DNA of 64,000 bases. Source: Eledone cirrhosa. Its lineage: Eukaryota. A program made the position numbers and the translations under genes. The notes under the pieces were generated by a model that saw nothing but the letters and a program-made list of their open reading frames with translations, was not told the origin of the DNA and ran no database searches. Each line of letters begins with the position of its first letter. The first letter of the stretch is position 1. The stretch spans positions 97,278,001-97,342,000 of the forward strand of contig OZ024742.1 in assembly GCA_964016885.1 (NCBI GenBank), in the 5' to 3' direction. Below are positions 53,461-64,000 of the stretch, in pieces.

Positions 53461-54248
53461 CAGGGACCTATACTCTTGGATATACTAATCCACACTAATT
53501 GGAAAAATTATGTATAATCGACCAGATATTATTTTCAAAACAACCAGAAAATGAAGACCCTCCTATTTATACACAGAGTAGCAAAGACATTCACAACATT
53601 ACAAGTGTCTAAGCTGTTGAAATCACCAAGGACTGTAATGAAAAATACTTGTTACTTCACTAAGGCAAGCTGCCAACAATGACCAAAACCACCATTGTAT
53701 GTCCCGAATCCTGAGGCTGAAGAATCAGAATGATTATATAATCACACAGACAAATACATAACCAAGACTTACAACTGTGTATAACATACAGAAAATAACA
53801 CTGTTAGAAACACAAGCATACATATTATATAAATCACTTTCAATAGAATAGAAAACACTTATAAAAACATACAAAATAAATACTATACATACACACCACC
53901 TACAGAGTTGCATTCAGTAATGCAGAGAAGCCATGCAATAAATATAAGACTACTCAATAATAATAATAATAAAAGAATAATGATAAAATAATAATGGTTT
54001 CTTTATTGGCCACAAGGGCTGACACGAAGAAAAACATTAGAGACAGAACAGAAAGGTACAGGACGATACAATGTGGGTTTTGGTCGTGTAAAAAAGGTTA
54101 TAACAAGATACAAATATAAAAAAAAAATCAAACAACAAGAAATTCCCCAACAGGGGGAAAACTTCCGAGGGTCACTCGTGGCGAAAACCACACAAAAGAC
54201 ATCGACCACCAGGGCAAGCGCCCTCTCTCAGTTTTTCCACCCCTCAGT

Positions 54249-57012
54249 CTACAGGCATATACTCAGAGCGTTCAATCGGACCAGACGCCACTTTCACCCA
54301 GCTTCCAAGCGCTATCCCTCAGTCTTTTCCTGATCCAGGACTGCAGCTCCGTCAAGGGGACGAGCTGGGGAAAAGTGCGTCTGGCAAACGGCGACCACAC
54401 CTGTTCACAAGGAAGCACCAGAGATGTCGCAGCCTCAGCGCATGTTTGCGCATCATCAACCACGGCATACCTAGTCCTCCACACAACGGGCGTTGACAGC
54501 AAATGGATCATCTGACCATGGGAGTAAGTCCCTTCCACAAAAAGCGGAAGAGAAAGCGCTCCATTTTGGTCAGAGTTGGGCGGGGGCAAGGTACGACGGT
54601 CAGGCAGTAGCAGATGACGAACGCTATGTACGCATCGCCACCTCTGCTCAACCTTTCAGAGATAGCCTCCTCTTGGCCCATTTCTGGGTGAGAGAGGCCA
54701 CACTGATCGTCACCTCGCTCCAGTTTTCTCCATCTGGAGGTCCGGACCAAACCAGACCCCAAGCAATTTAACCGGTCTTTCCGTCCAGCGCCCCATGACG
54801 CTGTCGGACGGCATAGACTTGCATCTCCAGGTGCCGAGTTGCAAGCCCACCGACTTTTCCTGGTTTATCTTTGCTCCTGTCACCGCTTCGTATTCCTTGA
54901 GAGCGGCGCCGAACATCTGGATGTGTTTGGTACTCGACACCACCACGGTGACATCGTCGGCATAAGCTGACACGGATCTCCTGCATCCCAGTTTGCGTGG
55001 GATCCCCTTTATCATCTCCAATTTGTGAAGTAACGGCTCAAGGGCCAGTACGTACAAGAGGGACGAGAGGGGGCAACCCTGGCGGACTGAGCGCATGATG
55101 CTGAAAGGCTGCGACAGGTGATCATTCACCCTCACAATCGAGCAGATGTCGCTGTGCATCGCAGCGATCCAGCCCCTAAAAATAGGCCCGAAGGCGGCCG
55201 CCTCGAGGACCGCAGCCAGGTACCGATGGTCGATCCTATCAAATGCTTTAGATTGATCCAAGTTGATCAGGGCCCCACTCGTGCCAGGTTCCTTAACCAC
55301 CCTCTCTATAAAGTATCGCATGAGATGGAGGTTGTCGTGGATTGATCTGTCCGGAATGGCGCATGTCTGTGCCTCTCCCACCAGATCACCGACGACAAAC
55401 GCCAAACTCTTTGCTAACACCTTGGCCAAAATCTTAAACACTGCATTTAGCAGAGTTATGCGCCTGAAGTTGTCTATAACATCCCCCTTGTTCGGGTCTT
55501 TTCTCAGCAGTGCCACCGCTCCCCGGCTCACAAAACTGGGAATGCTCCTGTTTTGCAGCCAGTTGTAGTAGACATCTGCCAAGAGGTCACCGAACAAGTC
55601 TGGCATATATGCATAAAGCTCGTAGGGTAGACCATCCAAACCTGGCGATTTACCCCTTGTGCAGTCAGACATCGCTTCCCGTATATCATTGGCTGTTATC
55701 GGCCTTTCACAGCACTGTACTGCGGTCGTCGAGAGACGCGGCAGTCCGTTGAGGTATGCACTGAAGTCCATACTCCGATCCGGCTCGCCGCTCCCGAACA
55801 ATCGAGCAAAGTGCTGTTGAAAAGCCGCACACATCTGCTCAGGTTCGAGCAACATGGGCCCGTTTTGATCAGGCAAAGACCGAATTGTAAACGTGTTGCC
55901 ACGTCGCGCCTCCACCACCCAGGCCCATTGAACGGTTTTCGTCCCCTCGTGTCTTAGAGCACGCGCTCTATCTCTGACAATGCAGCCTTCATGCTTTGCG
56001 TTGAAGAATTGGTTGAGTGCCAATCTCACCGCAGCACGTCGGTTGCGATGCCTGTCCTAAACGACTCTTCTAGCTTTCTAATTAACTCTCCCTCTACTCT
56101 ATTTTCCTCTATCACTACTCCTTTGCTAAACCTTATCGATTCTACTCTAATAGCCCTTTTCAGGGTAAACCACCACCTGTTGTTGACGATCGCACCCGTC
56201 AATGCACACTTAACTAATTCGCTAATCCGGTCTCTGTAAGCTTTGCGCGCCGGGAACGACATGTTCAGCTTTCAGTAGCCGGGCCCTTGCCTAAGTCACA
56301 GATCACAAATTTGTGGTCTGTGTAGTCGACTACATTAAATTGTGGACAACCTACACTAGCCTTATCTGTTTCCCTACAGAATACCCTATCTAAATACGAT
56401 CTGGAGGACCCAATGCGGTTTGCCCACGTCCACATTGGCACATTCGGATAATCAAGTCTATACCTGTCAGACATTTCAAAACTCTGAGCAGGTTGTTGAG
56501 GCTTTTACACCCTCCTGTCCTGTCTACTTGCCCAGCGTGCATCTAAGATACCGTTCATAATCCCAGCGTGCATCTAAGATACCGTTCCAGTCGCCCACTA
56601 ACATTAAAGAGCAGGACGTTCCAAGAAAGATCTCTAGATTTCTGAAGAAATCTGGCTGTCCTACCCCAGTTTGGGCGTAGACGGCTACTAGCCTGAAAGC
56701 ATTGCCTCCGTTGCCGGTCACGTCCAACACCACCGACTTACCTTCTGGGTCCAGGAAAATGGCCCGAATGGCGAGATCCAAGCCTCTCCGAAAAAGCACT
56801 GCCACCCCTCCCTCCGATCCTGGATGGCTGGGAGATGCGTATACATCGTAGCCGCCGAAGATCGGTGCGAAGGCTCGTGCTTCGGAGATTCTGGTTTCGG
56901 TGATGGCCACCATATCTATGTTTAGTGATCTGAGGTCGTTGAGCAGGTGACCCTGCTTCCAAGATGACCCCAGGCCACGTACATTTATACTGCCTATTCT
57001 AAGCACGGCCAT
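54249..57012 (-). pseudogene. ORF2: APE endonuclease + reverse transcriptase
   Basis: SINVRGL, ITET, GDWN, SYLDR, TDH; SPGLDGLPYE, LDQSKAFDR, VRQGCPLS, YADD, LLGVWF; several frameshifts. Confidence 0.9.
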
Positions 57013-57044
57013 GTTGGATGAGAAACTGGATAAGTGAGACAGGG

Positions 57045-58836
57045 TCACTTACCTTGATCGTGTGGTGAAGGGACAGTAGAACCGTCCCTTTGGTTGGTCA
57101 TGGGGGTTTCCAAGAGGATGTCAGTGTATATCCTCTTGGTAACCAACCCTCTGAAGTCTCCAACTGCGTTGGGGAATTTTTGTTTTAAAAGTTTGTACTG
57201 TTCTATTTTGATATCAATGATGCTTATGTTTATCGGGAGAGTTCTTGGTGTTGGTGGGGTGTAGTAGTTTTTTTCTGTGATGTCTATGTGCTGCTTTATA
57301 TGTTGTATGAGTTCTTTATTTGCCTTGTTTATGGCTGTGTACTTTTGGGGGGGAGGGGTGATTTTTTGGCTGTTTTCTTGTTGTTGCTGTTGGGTATGTG
57401 TGTTTTGTTGTGTTTGTCATGTTTGTGTTTTTGATCATGCTGGTGGTGGTGTTGCTGCAAGTTTCCTTGCAGTCTTTACCCCTCTTTTGGAGGGTGAAGC
57501 TAAGGGTTTTTTTCTCTTTTGTTTTTTGTGGCAGATCATTTGCCACTTCCCTCCTGCCTCATTCTCCATGTCAGATTCCGTGGCGTCTGGGAGGGTTATG
57601 AGCTCCACTGCTGTTGGTGGTGGTGGTAGTGGAGCCCTCTCCGGCGATTTTGCTGCCGGTGTGGCTACTGCGACTGTTGGTGTTGCCGCCACTGCTGCCG
57701 CTGCTTTAGTTGTCCGTGGCCTTGGTATGGGTGCCACGGACGTTGCCCTCCTACTCACCATGGCAGGGTCTTCTGCCTCTGTTGCCTGCCATGCTCTTGG
57801 TAGTAGCGGACCAGGCGTGGGAAGGAGGGGGGGGGCCTCTTCTTGGCTGTCTTCTGCGGGCAGAAATCGCTGACGTGACCCTTCTGCCCAGGGAGATAGC
57901 ACTTTGGGCGCCTTCCTTCCACGCTTATAGGGAGTTGGAGCCCTTCTTCGAGGTCTATGATGTCTGGGATGATGCACTCCTGGTTAGTCTGTATTAACAT
58001 CTGCATGCCTATTCCTGACCAGTTCTCTCTTCCCATTCTCTGTATTTGCAGTATGGTGGTCTTTTCCTCGATTCCAGAGGTACAGACGCGGCCAGCCAAG
58101 CTATGGGCATGTCGGGCGGGACCTGGGTCACTTTGACCCTCACAATTTTCTGCCCGCAGTAGGAGGGCATCAAGACTATCTCCTCACTCTCTAGGATTCC
58201 CAAAGAGTGAGACTACGCCTCTTGGGGGTGGCGAAAAGTACGTCTACTGTGGTGTACTTTCTGCCTCGGGTGATGTGGGTTTTGCGTGCCCAGACACACC
58301 CCAAGGCCTTTTGGATTTGAGCCTCCGTGACTCTCTCCACCCGATGTGACATTTTGCTTGCGGTGCAGTAAGTCACCGTCCATAGCTGCTGGTCCTTGAA
58401 TAAATCGGGTGGAGGTTTCAGGGAAACTCTATTGGCGTTTCTTGTCACCATGGATGGACTTTGCGACTGCCATCTCCTCCTCTGTGACTAACACTGTTTC
58501 GATATTTCGGGCCACACTTGCAAACGAGGTGGTCCCTTTTCCAGCGGCACCACTATTGCTGCCGTTACTGGTCTTGCTGGTGGTGCTGAGATCGCTGTTA
58601 CAGGTATCGATGTCATTGTTGATGTTTTCGTTGGTACTGTTGTTGCTGTTGTTGTTGTTGATACTGTTGCTGGTGTTACTGTTATTGTGGCTGTTGTTAT
58701 TATTGTTGTTTTTGTTGATACTGTTCCTACTATTATTATTGTTGTAGCTGTTGTTATTGTCTTGTTGATATGTTGACAAAGTCTCCCTCTCTCTGTGTTG
58801 TCTGACATCGCTCTCTCTCTTTCTTGTGTTATCCAT
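57045..58836 (-). pseudogene. ORF1 (Asn-rich N-terminus, decayed CCHC knuckle, Pro/Ala/Thr-rich region), frameshifted
   Basis: MDNTRK...poly-N, SFASVA, EGRRPKCYLPGQKGHVSDFCP; lies directly upstream of ORF2. Confidence 0.7.
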
Positions 58837-59462
58837 GTTGGAAAAAAAATTTTCAAATAATATTTTTACATAATACGACACCACGGGGTGTTGTATTATT
58901 TACGAATGAACCCCTGTATTAGGTGGGTCACTTGTTCTAAACTTTTATCAAGTTTAAAACTTGAATAAAATGTTTAGAACGGTTGAAAACGAGGTAAACT
59001 GTTGAAAAAAACTGGAGGCGATAAGAAGCCTGGCTTCACCTTCAATAATAATAATAATTGTTTCTACTTTTGGCACAAGGCCACCAAATATCCAGTACAT
59101 TACTGGTACTTTATTTTATCGACCCCATAAGGATGAAAGGCAAAGTGGCACTACAACGCTATGAGCTGTCTGTCGAAGCAGCCGATGAAAGCAGGCGAAG
59201 GTGACGTCATTCGTCAAACATCGTTTATTTCCGTATTACTACCACGCGTAGGTGGAGTTACTTAAATGAAATTTTTTATTTTATTTTATTAAAGCATATA
59301 GATGTAAGTGGAGTTACTTAAATGAAATTATTATTTTTTTTTTTATTAAAGCATATAGATGTAAGTGGAATTACTTAAATGAAAATATCACGCGTTTTTT
59401 TTTGTTTTTTTTTTATTAAAACATATCGATGTGAGTGGAGTTACTTAAATGAAAATATAGGT

Positions 59463-59478
59463 GGCTCTTAAAAGGGCC
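59463..59478 (-). other. Histone-3'-type stem-loop, one mismatch (GGCCCUUUUAAGAGCC-ACC)
   Basis: Left-arm counterpart of 60064-60079. Confidence 0.5.
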
Positions 59479-59894
59479 AAATTAGAAAACAAATTTAAGT
59501 TAATTAGAAAACAAGTCATGGTTATCAAATAAATTGAATTTAATCATTTATATTTTCATAGTCATGGTTATCAATGTAGAAAACAAGTCATTTTCACCCA
59601 CAGTGGAATTACTTGTGACAGCTAATAACATGAACTTAGATGAATTTTCACCAACAGTGGAGTTAACTTAAATGAAAATATAGGTGGCCGTTATGGAATT
59701 AACCATCGCGATCTTTCTATCACTACCGCTACTACAGCAAATACCATCAATCTCCACGGGAACTGTCTCTTGTCTCCATGTGGACTGTATCCATGCTTTT
59801 GAATAAGGTTGGTGAAAAAAATTTGTTTTCTAAACATTTCTTCATAATGGGTTGGTGAAAAAAATTTGATAACCATAAATTTGTTTTGTAATTT

Positions 59895-59910
59895 GGCCCT
59901 TTTAAGGGCC
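59895..59910 (+). other. Histone-3'-type stem-loop (GGCCCUUUUAAGGGCC-ACC)
   Basis: 6-bp stem with UUUA loop plus ACC, matching the metazoan histone mRNA stem-loop consensus. Confidence 0.6.
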
Positions 59911-60063
59911 ACCTATATTTTCATTTAAGTTAACTCCACTGTTGGTGAAAATGATTTGTTTTCTACATTGATAACCATGACTATGAAAATATAAATGATT
60001 AAATCCAATTTATTTGATAACCATGACTTGTTTTCTAATTAACTTAAATTTGTTTTCTAATTT

Positions 60064-60079
60064 GGCCCTTTTAAGGGCC
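60064..60079 (+). other. Histone-3'-type stem-loop (GGCCCUUUUAAGGGCC-ACC)
   Basis: Identical to 59895-59910. Confidence 0.6.
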
Positions 60080-60603
60080 ACCTATATTTTCATTTAAGTA
60101 ACTCCACTTACATCGATATGCTTTAATAAAAAAAAATAATAATAATTTCATTTAAGTAACTCCACTTACATCTATATGCTTTAATAATAAAAAAAAAGTA
60201 AATAAAAATCGCGTGAAAAAAAAAAATTTATTTAAGTAACTACACTTACGCGTGGTAGTAATACGGAAATAAACGATGTTTTGCTTTCATCGGCTGCTTC
60301 GACTGACAGCTAATAGCGTTGTAGTGCCGGCAAAGTTAATCTCGGCGGGATTTGAACTCAAAATAGCAAGGCGTAACTCTATGCTGGAAAGCATGGCGTC
60401 TGACCCTCTACCGATACGGCCAATCCAACATATAAAATAATAATGATGAAATAAATAATAACAGCAATAATGATAGCAATGTCGGTAAACACATATGTAT
60501 ATGTATATGTGTGGTGTGTGTGTTTGTATATATGTCTGAGTTTAACTCTCTCTATATATATAAACATATATATACATTCATATATATATATAAATTATAT
60601 ACG

Positions 60604-60658
<55 letters not shown>

Positions 60659-60677
60659 AATTAAACACCCCCATCAC

Positions 60678-60680
<3 letters not shown>

Positions 60681-60709
<29 letters not shown>

Positions 60710-61561
60710 ACGTTTAACGTCCGTGTTCCACGCTTGCATGGGTTTGGACGGGGGTTTTCCCACTTGAGGCAAGAGTGATTGTCTTGCTCGCATAGGACTG
60801 TCTGGCAGGTTTTCTACAGTTGGATGCCCTTCCTAACACCAACCACATTTACAGTGTGGGTCTGGGAGGTTTTTACCGTGTTGCCTACACGGCCACATTA
60901 CAGCGTGGACTGTGTGTTTTTTTGTCGTGACACCTACACGATCTCATTTGTTTCGGCCTGGATGGTGTGGCACCAACATAACTTTACATAGAAGGGGGCG
61001 GTGTGGATGGAGTGGGGGTGGTGGGACGGGGGTGTATTTTGTTAGAGATGTCTACTGACTGTAGTAGGTTTACTATGTATTTAGGTAAGGCGGGTCTTCT
61101 CTATTACTGAGTACCGCCAAAGGTCTCGGTCCAGTGACATTGTCTTGGAGAGGTGTAAGTGTGTGAGGTCGGAGTTTATCAGCTCGTCCCAGGTTTTTCT
61201 AGGTCTGCCTATTCCGTGGCTACCGTCTATCTTTATTGCCCTGCACTTTGTTATACAGCTATCGACTTTCATGCGCATCACGTGTCCATACCAACGTAGC
61301 CTTCTCTCAAGTAAACAACATCTGATCCCTCTTATTTCTAATTTTTTCTTTAGTTCGTTTATGCTTTGCCGTTCACGTATAATACTATTACACATCCAGC
61401 GGAGCATGCAAGCTTCGTTCCTCTCTAGTCTGCGTATATCCTCTGCACACAATGCCCAGGTCTCACTGCCATGCAACATTGCTGTTCGTATGCAGGCATC
61501 ATACAACCTGCCTTTCGTTTTTAGGGAGAACTCTTTAGCGGCTAATAGTGGTATAAGCTCT

Positions 61562-61563
<2 letters not shown>
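60681..61563 (-). mobile_element. 3' fragment of RTE family 2 LINE
   Basis: ORF 61081-61506 ([16 protein letters not shown]...RRLRWYGHV); (GAT)n tail seen as (ATC)n at 60681-60708. Confidence 0.92.
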
Positions 61564-61637
<74 letters not shown>

Positions 61638-63501
61638 TGATGGGGGTGTTTAATTTTCTGTCTCCTAAGATTGATTATATAATAATCTGGTCTGGTATAG
61701 TACAGTATGCTTTATACAAAGAAACTGAAAAACAAAATCAAGACATGAAATAAATTGCCAAACAACAGGAACTAAGAATCAAAATAAGAAGAGTTAATCA
61801 ATAGATAGAGAAGGGGGGGGGGGGTATAGATAGATAGATAGATATCTTTCTTTGGGCTAATTTAGATAGCTAGAGAGAGGGTAAGAAATATTGAGGAAAC
61901 TGGAGAATACTTACAAGAAAACCTCAAAGTATTATGAGATCAGTGAATTTGATTAATCAATATATATAAGTATGTATGTGTCTGTGTACACAAACACACA
62001 CACATGCACACACACACACACATATATATATATAAGAGAAAATATACACCCATATATATATAAGACGGCATATATATATATATATATATATATAAGTATA
62101 TATATATAAGTATATATAGAAAACTTTAATATAATGGTAAAACTGGTGATGATGAGGATGATAGTAGTGGTGGTGATGGTGATGATAATAATTGTGGTGG
62201 TGGTGGTGATGGTGATAATTGTGATAGGGGTAATGCTGTTCTGTGATAGAGAGAGTTAGGGGTTTGAGGTGTCTTAGATTGCTAGGAACAAGCTTTAGTT
62301 GCTGAATGTTTTCCTATGTTTCCTGCTGTCATATGTGTCAACCAATTCTATAAAACTTTGCTGATAGACAACTCTTCCAGTTGTCATATCGTTCTCACTT
62401 TCACATGTCTGAGTCTTTGAGTCCATTAAACTCTTACCATGAAGTCACTAATTATTAGACTGTATTTAGGTGGTACATTCCTCCCCAGTAAAAGGCCTAT
62501 AATAATTATTGCTGGTTCCACGATAATATGTACTCAGTACATCCTGTAAAGTGTTGGTGCTAGTACCATGAAAACTATACCCAAAACGCTCTCTAAAATG
62601 TTCAGGCTATAGCAATGATAAACTGCACTTGTTACACTTTGCATAATAGTATTGCCCATGCCATGATAAAATGCCCCTGATGCATTCTGTTCTTAGACAT
62701 GAAAATGGCCACTCAACTGTAGAAACCAAGCTGAAATATGGAATGTATAAGCTACATATCTCTCTATTTCATCCACTGTTGGACTGTAACAACCCATACT
62801 AGTACAGAAAAGAGATGTAAAATGATAATAATGGTAATGATGATGACTATTAGTCCATGGTGGGTATCTGGCTTCTGTTTTCTTTCCAGATTGGTAGCTG
62901 ATCAGATGGTTGGACAGTTTCCTAATGTTTGTGATATAAATGCTTCAATCATTTACATTACTAAATGCTAAAAGCTTTCAACACTCCTCATAACATACCC
63001 AGAGTTAATCCGTTGCAAGGCTTGATACCACTACTGAAACCTTGAGTACTTGTGGCACTCAGGGCAGGCAGGTTTTCAGTGAGAAAACCTTCATCCGACT
63101 CACTTGTTTTTAAAATATAAAAAAATATTCAAAAAACGTTTTTCCATATGTCCTAGATAAGGCATCATGGTGTTGCCCGACATATTGATTAGAATCAATA
63201 GTTGTGATAATGTATTTGACTTCATTCATTATTCTGGTAGTCTGCAGTTGAACCTCATAGAAACTGTTTTATCCACCACCAATGATTTTGGGCTTATTCT
63301 GAGTTACCTGTCACTGTTTTGTTATCTATCACTAGTCAAAGTTTAATTATTCTATTGTTCACTGCGACAACGTCAGTTACTTTATTTATTAAACATGTGT
63401 GTATATATATATATATATACACACACACACATGATGGACAGTCCTGTCATATATCAATATATGAAGGTTCAACAGTCTTCTCAGTTTAATTGTTATGATG
63501 A

Positions 63502-63533
63502 CTAGCAGAAAAACCGCCATGGTTTTCTGCTAG
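63502..63533. other. Helitron-type terminal hairpin related to 17381-17415
   Basis: CTAGCAGAAAAACC-GCCAT-GGTTTTCTGCTAG. Confidence 0.45.
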
Positions 63534-64000
63534 CATGTGTAGTGTGCCTATTGATATTATATGCAAATATATATGCATGTTGATGTGATATGTAAAATGA
63601 AAAGTAAATTGACAATATGTATAGAAATTGAAGAGAGACTGTGTTACACAGTCTTCTGTAATCAGTAAATTAACCCATGATACATTTAAAGAAGAAGATG
63701 TTATATGTAAACTGCATTTCAGCAAAATGTTATGAAACTGAAGAAGGAGAAAATGAGATTAGTGATGGAAATATAAATATTATGATATAATGATGGAAAT
63801 ATGTAAACATTATGGTATAACGAATGCTAACTGACCTACAGTGAAATCTTAGTTTTAAATATATGTTAAATTGAAAAAGGAGAAAAGAAATCGATAAAAG
63901 TATGTTAAAACGAAAAAGAAGAAAATGAGATTTGTGACGGAAATATAAACTTTATGATAGAACGATGCAAATATAGGAATGATTATATATAATGATATAT

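Larger units (their letters stand above)
53971..59041 (-). mobile_element. L1/Tx1-like non-LTR retrotransposon, both ends present, degenerate, ORF2 C-terminus apparently shortened
   Basis: ORF1 + ORF2, AATAAA and ATT-rich tail, 17-bp TSD TCAATAATAATAATAAT (53954-53970 / 59042-59058). Confidence 0.88.
59147..60328. mobile_element. Non-autonomous foldback DNA transposon, Merlin-type (long modular TIRs, 8-bp TSD)
   Basis: GGCACTACAACGCTA...TAGCGTTGTAGTGCC termini; TSD GGCAAAGT (59139-59146 / 60329-60336); arms of ~450-540 bp built from GTGGAGTTACTTAAATGAAA subrepeats. GG termini with 8-9-bp TSD are Merlin hallmarks. Confidence 0.85.
59059..60428 (-). mobile_element. SINE family A split into 59059-59146 and 60329-60428 by a DNA transposon
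   Basis: The halves rejoin as GGATGAAAGGCAAAGTTAATCTCGGCGGGATTTGAACTC, matching intact copies. Confidence 0.9.

Noticed and set aside
56531-56587. 31-bp-period tandem duplication in ORF2
   Set aside because: Ordinary inactivating duplication
59182-59200. CCGATGA...GAAG resembling a hammerhead core in the TIR
   Set aside because: Both boxes are mismatched and there are no stems
59691-59912. 73-aa ORF beginning (V)ALKR like a histone C-terminal motif
   Set aside because: ALKRA is simply the antisense translation of the stem-loop; no histone fold is present

Overview
AT-rich eukaryotic (animal) DNA made almost entirely of transposable elements and tandem repeats. The SINE/RTE/microsatellite mix suggests an octopus-like cephalopod (inference, not a database result). 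No intact host gene is supportable. Main contents: a 35-bp and a ~19-20-bp minisatellite; Penelope-like relics with minimal hammerhead ribozymes (including a 327-bp palindrome with one ribozyme per strand); many tRNA-head SINEs; a composite Helitron (16459-24104) with a disrupted RepHel gene; CRE-clade 3' fragments; a full CsRn1-clade Gypsy element (27076-32877, CACAC TSD); RTE LINEs whose ORF carries a PHD finger; a mariner relic; an L1/Tx1-like element with an Asn-rich ORF1. The most unusual feature is a 1.18-kb Merlin-type foldback element (59147-60328, 8-bp TSD) whose arms carry outward-facing copies of the histone-mRNA 3' stem-loop. All calls were made by eye, and boundaries of degraded elements are approximate.
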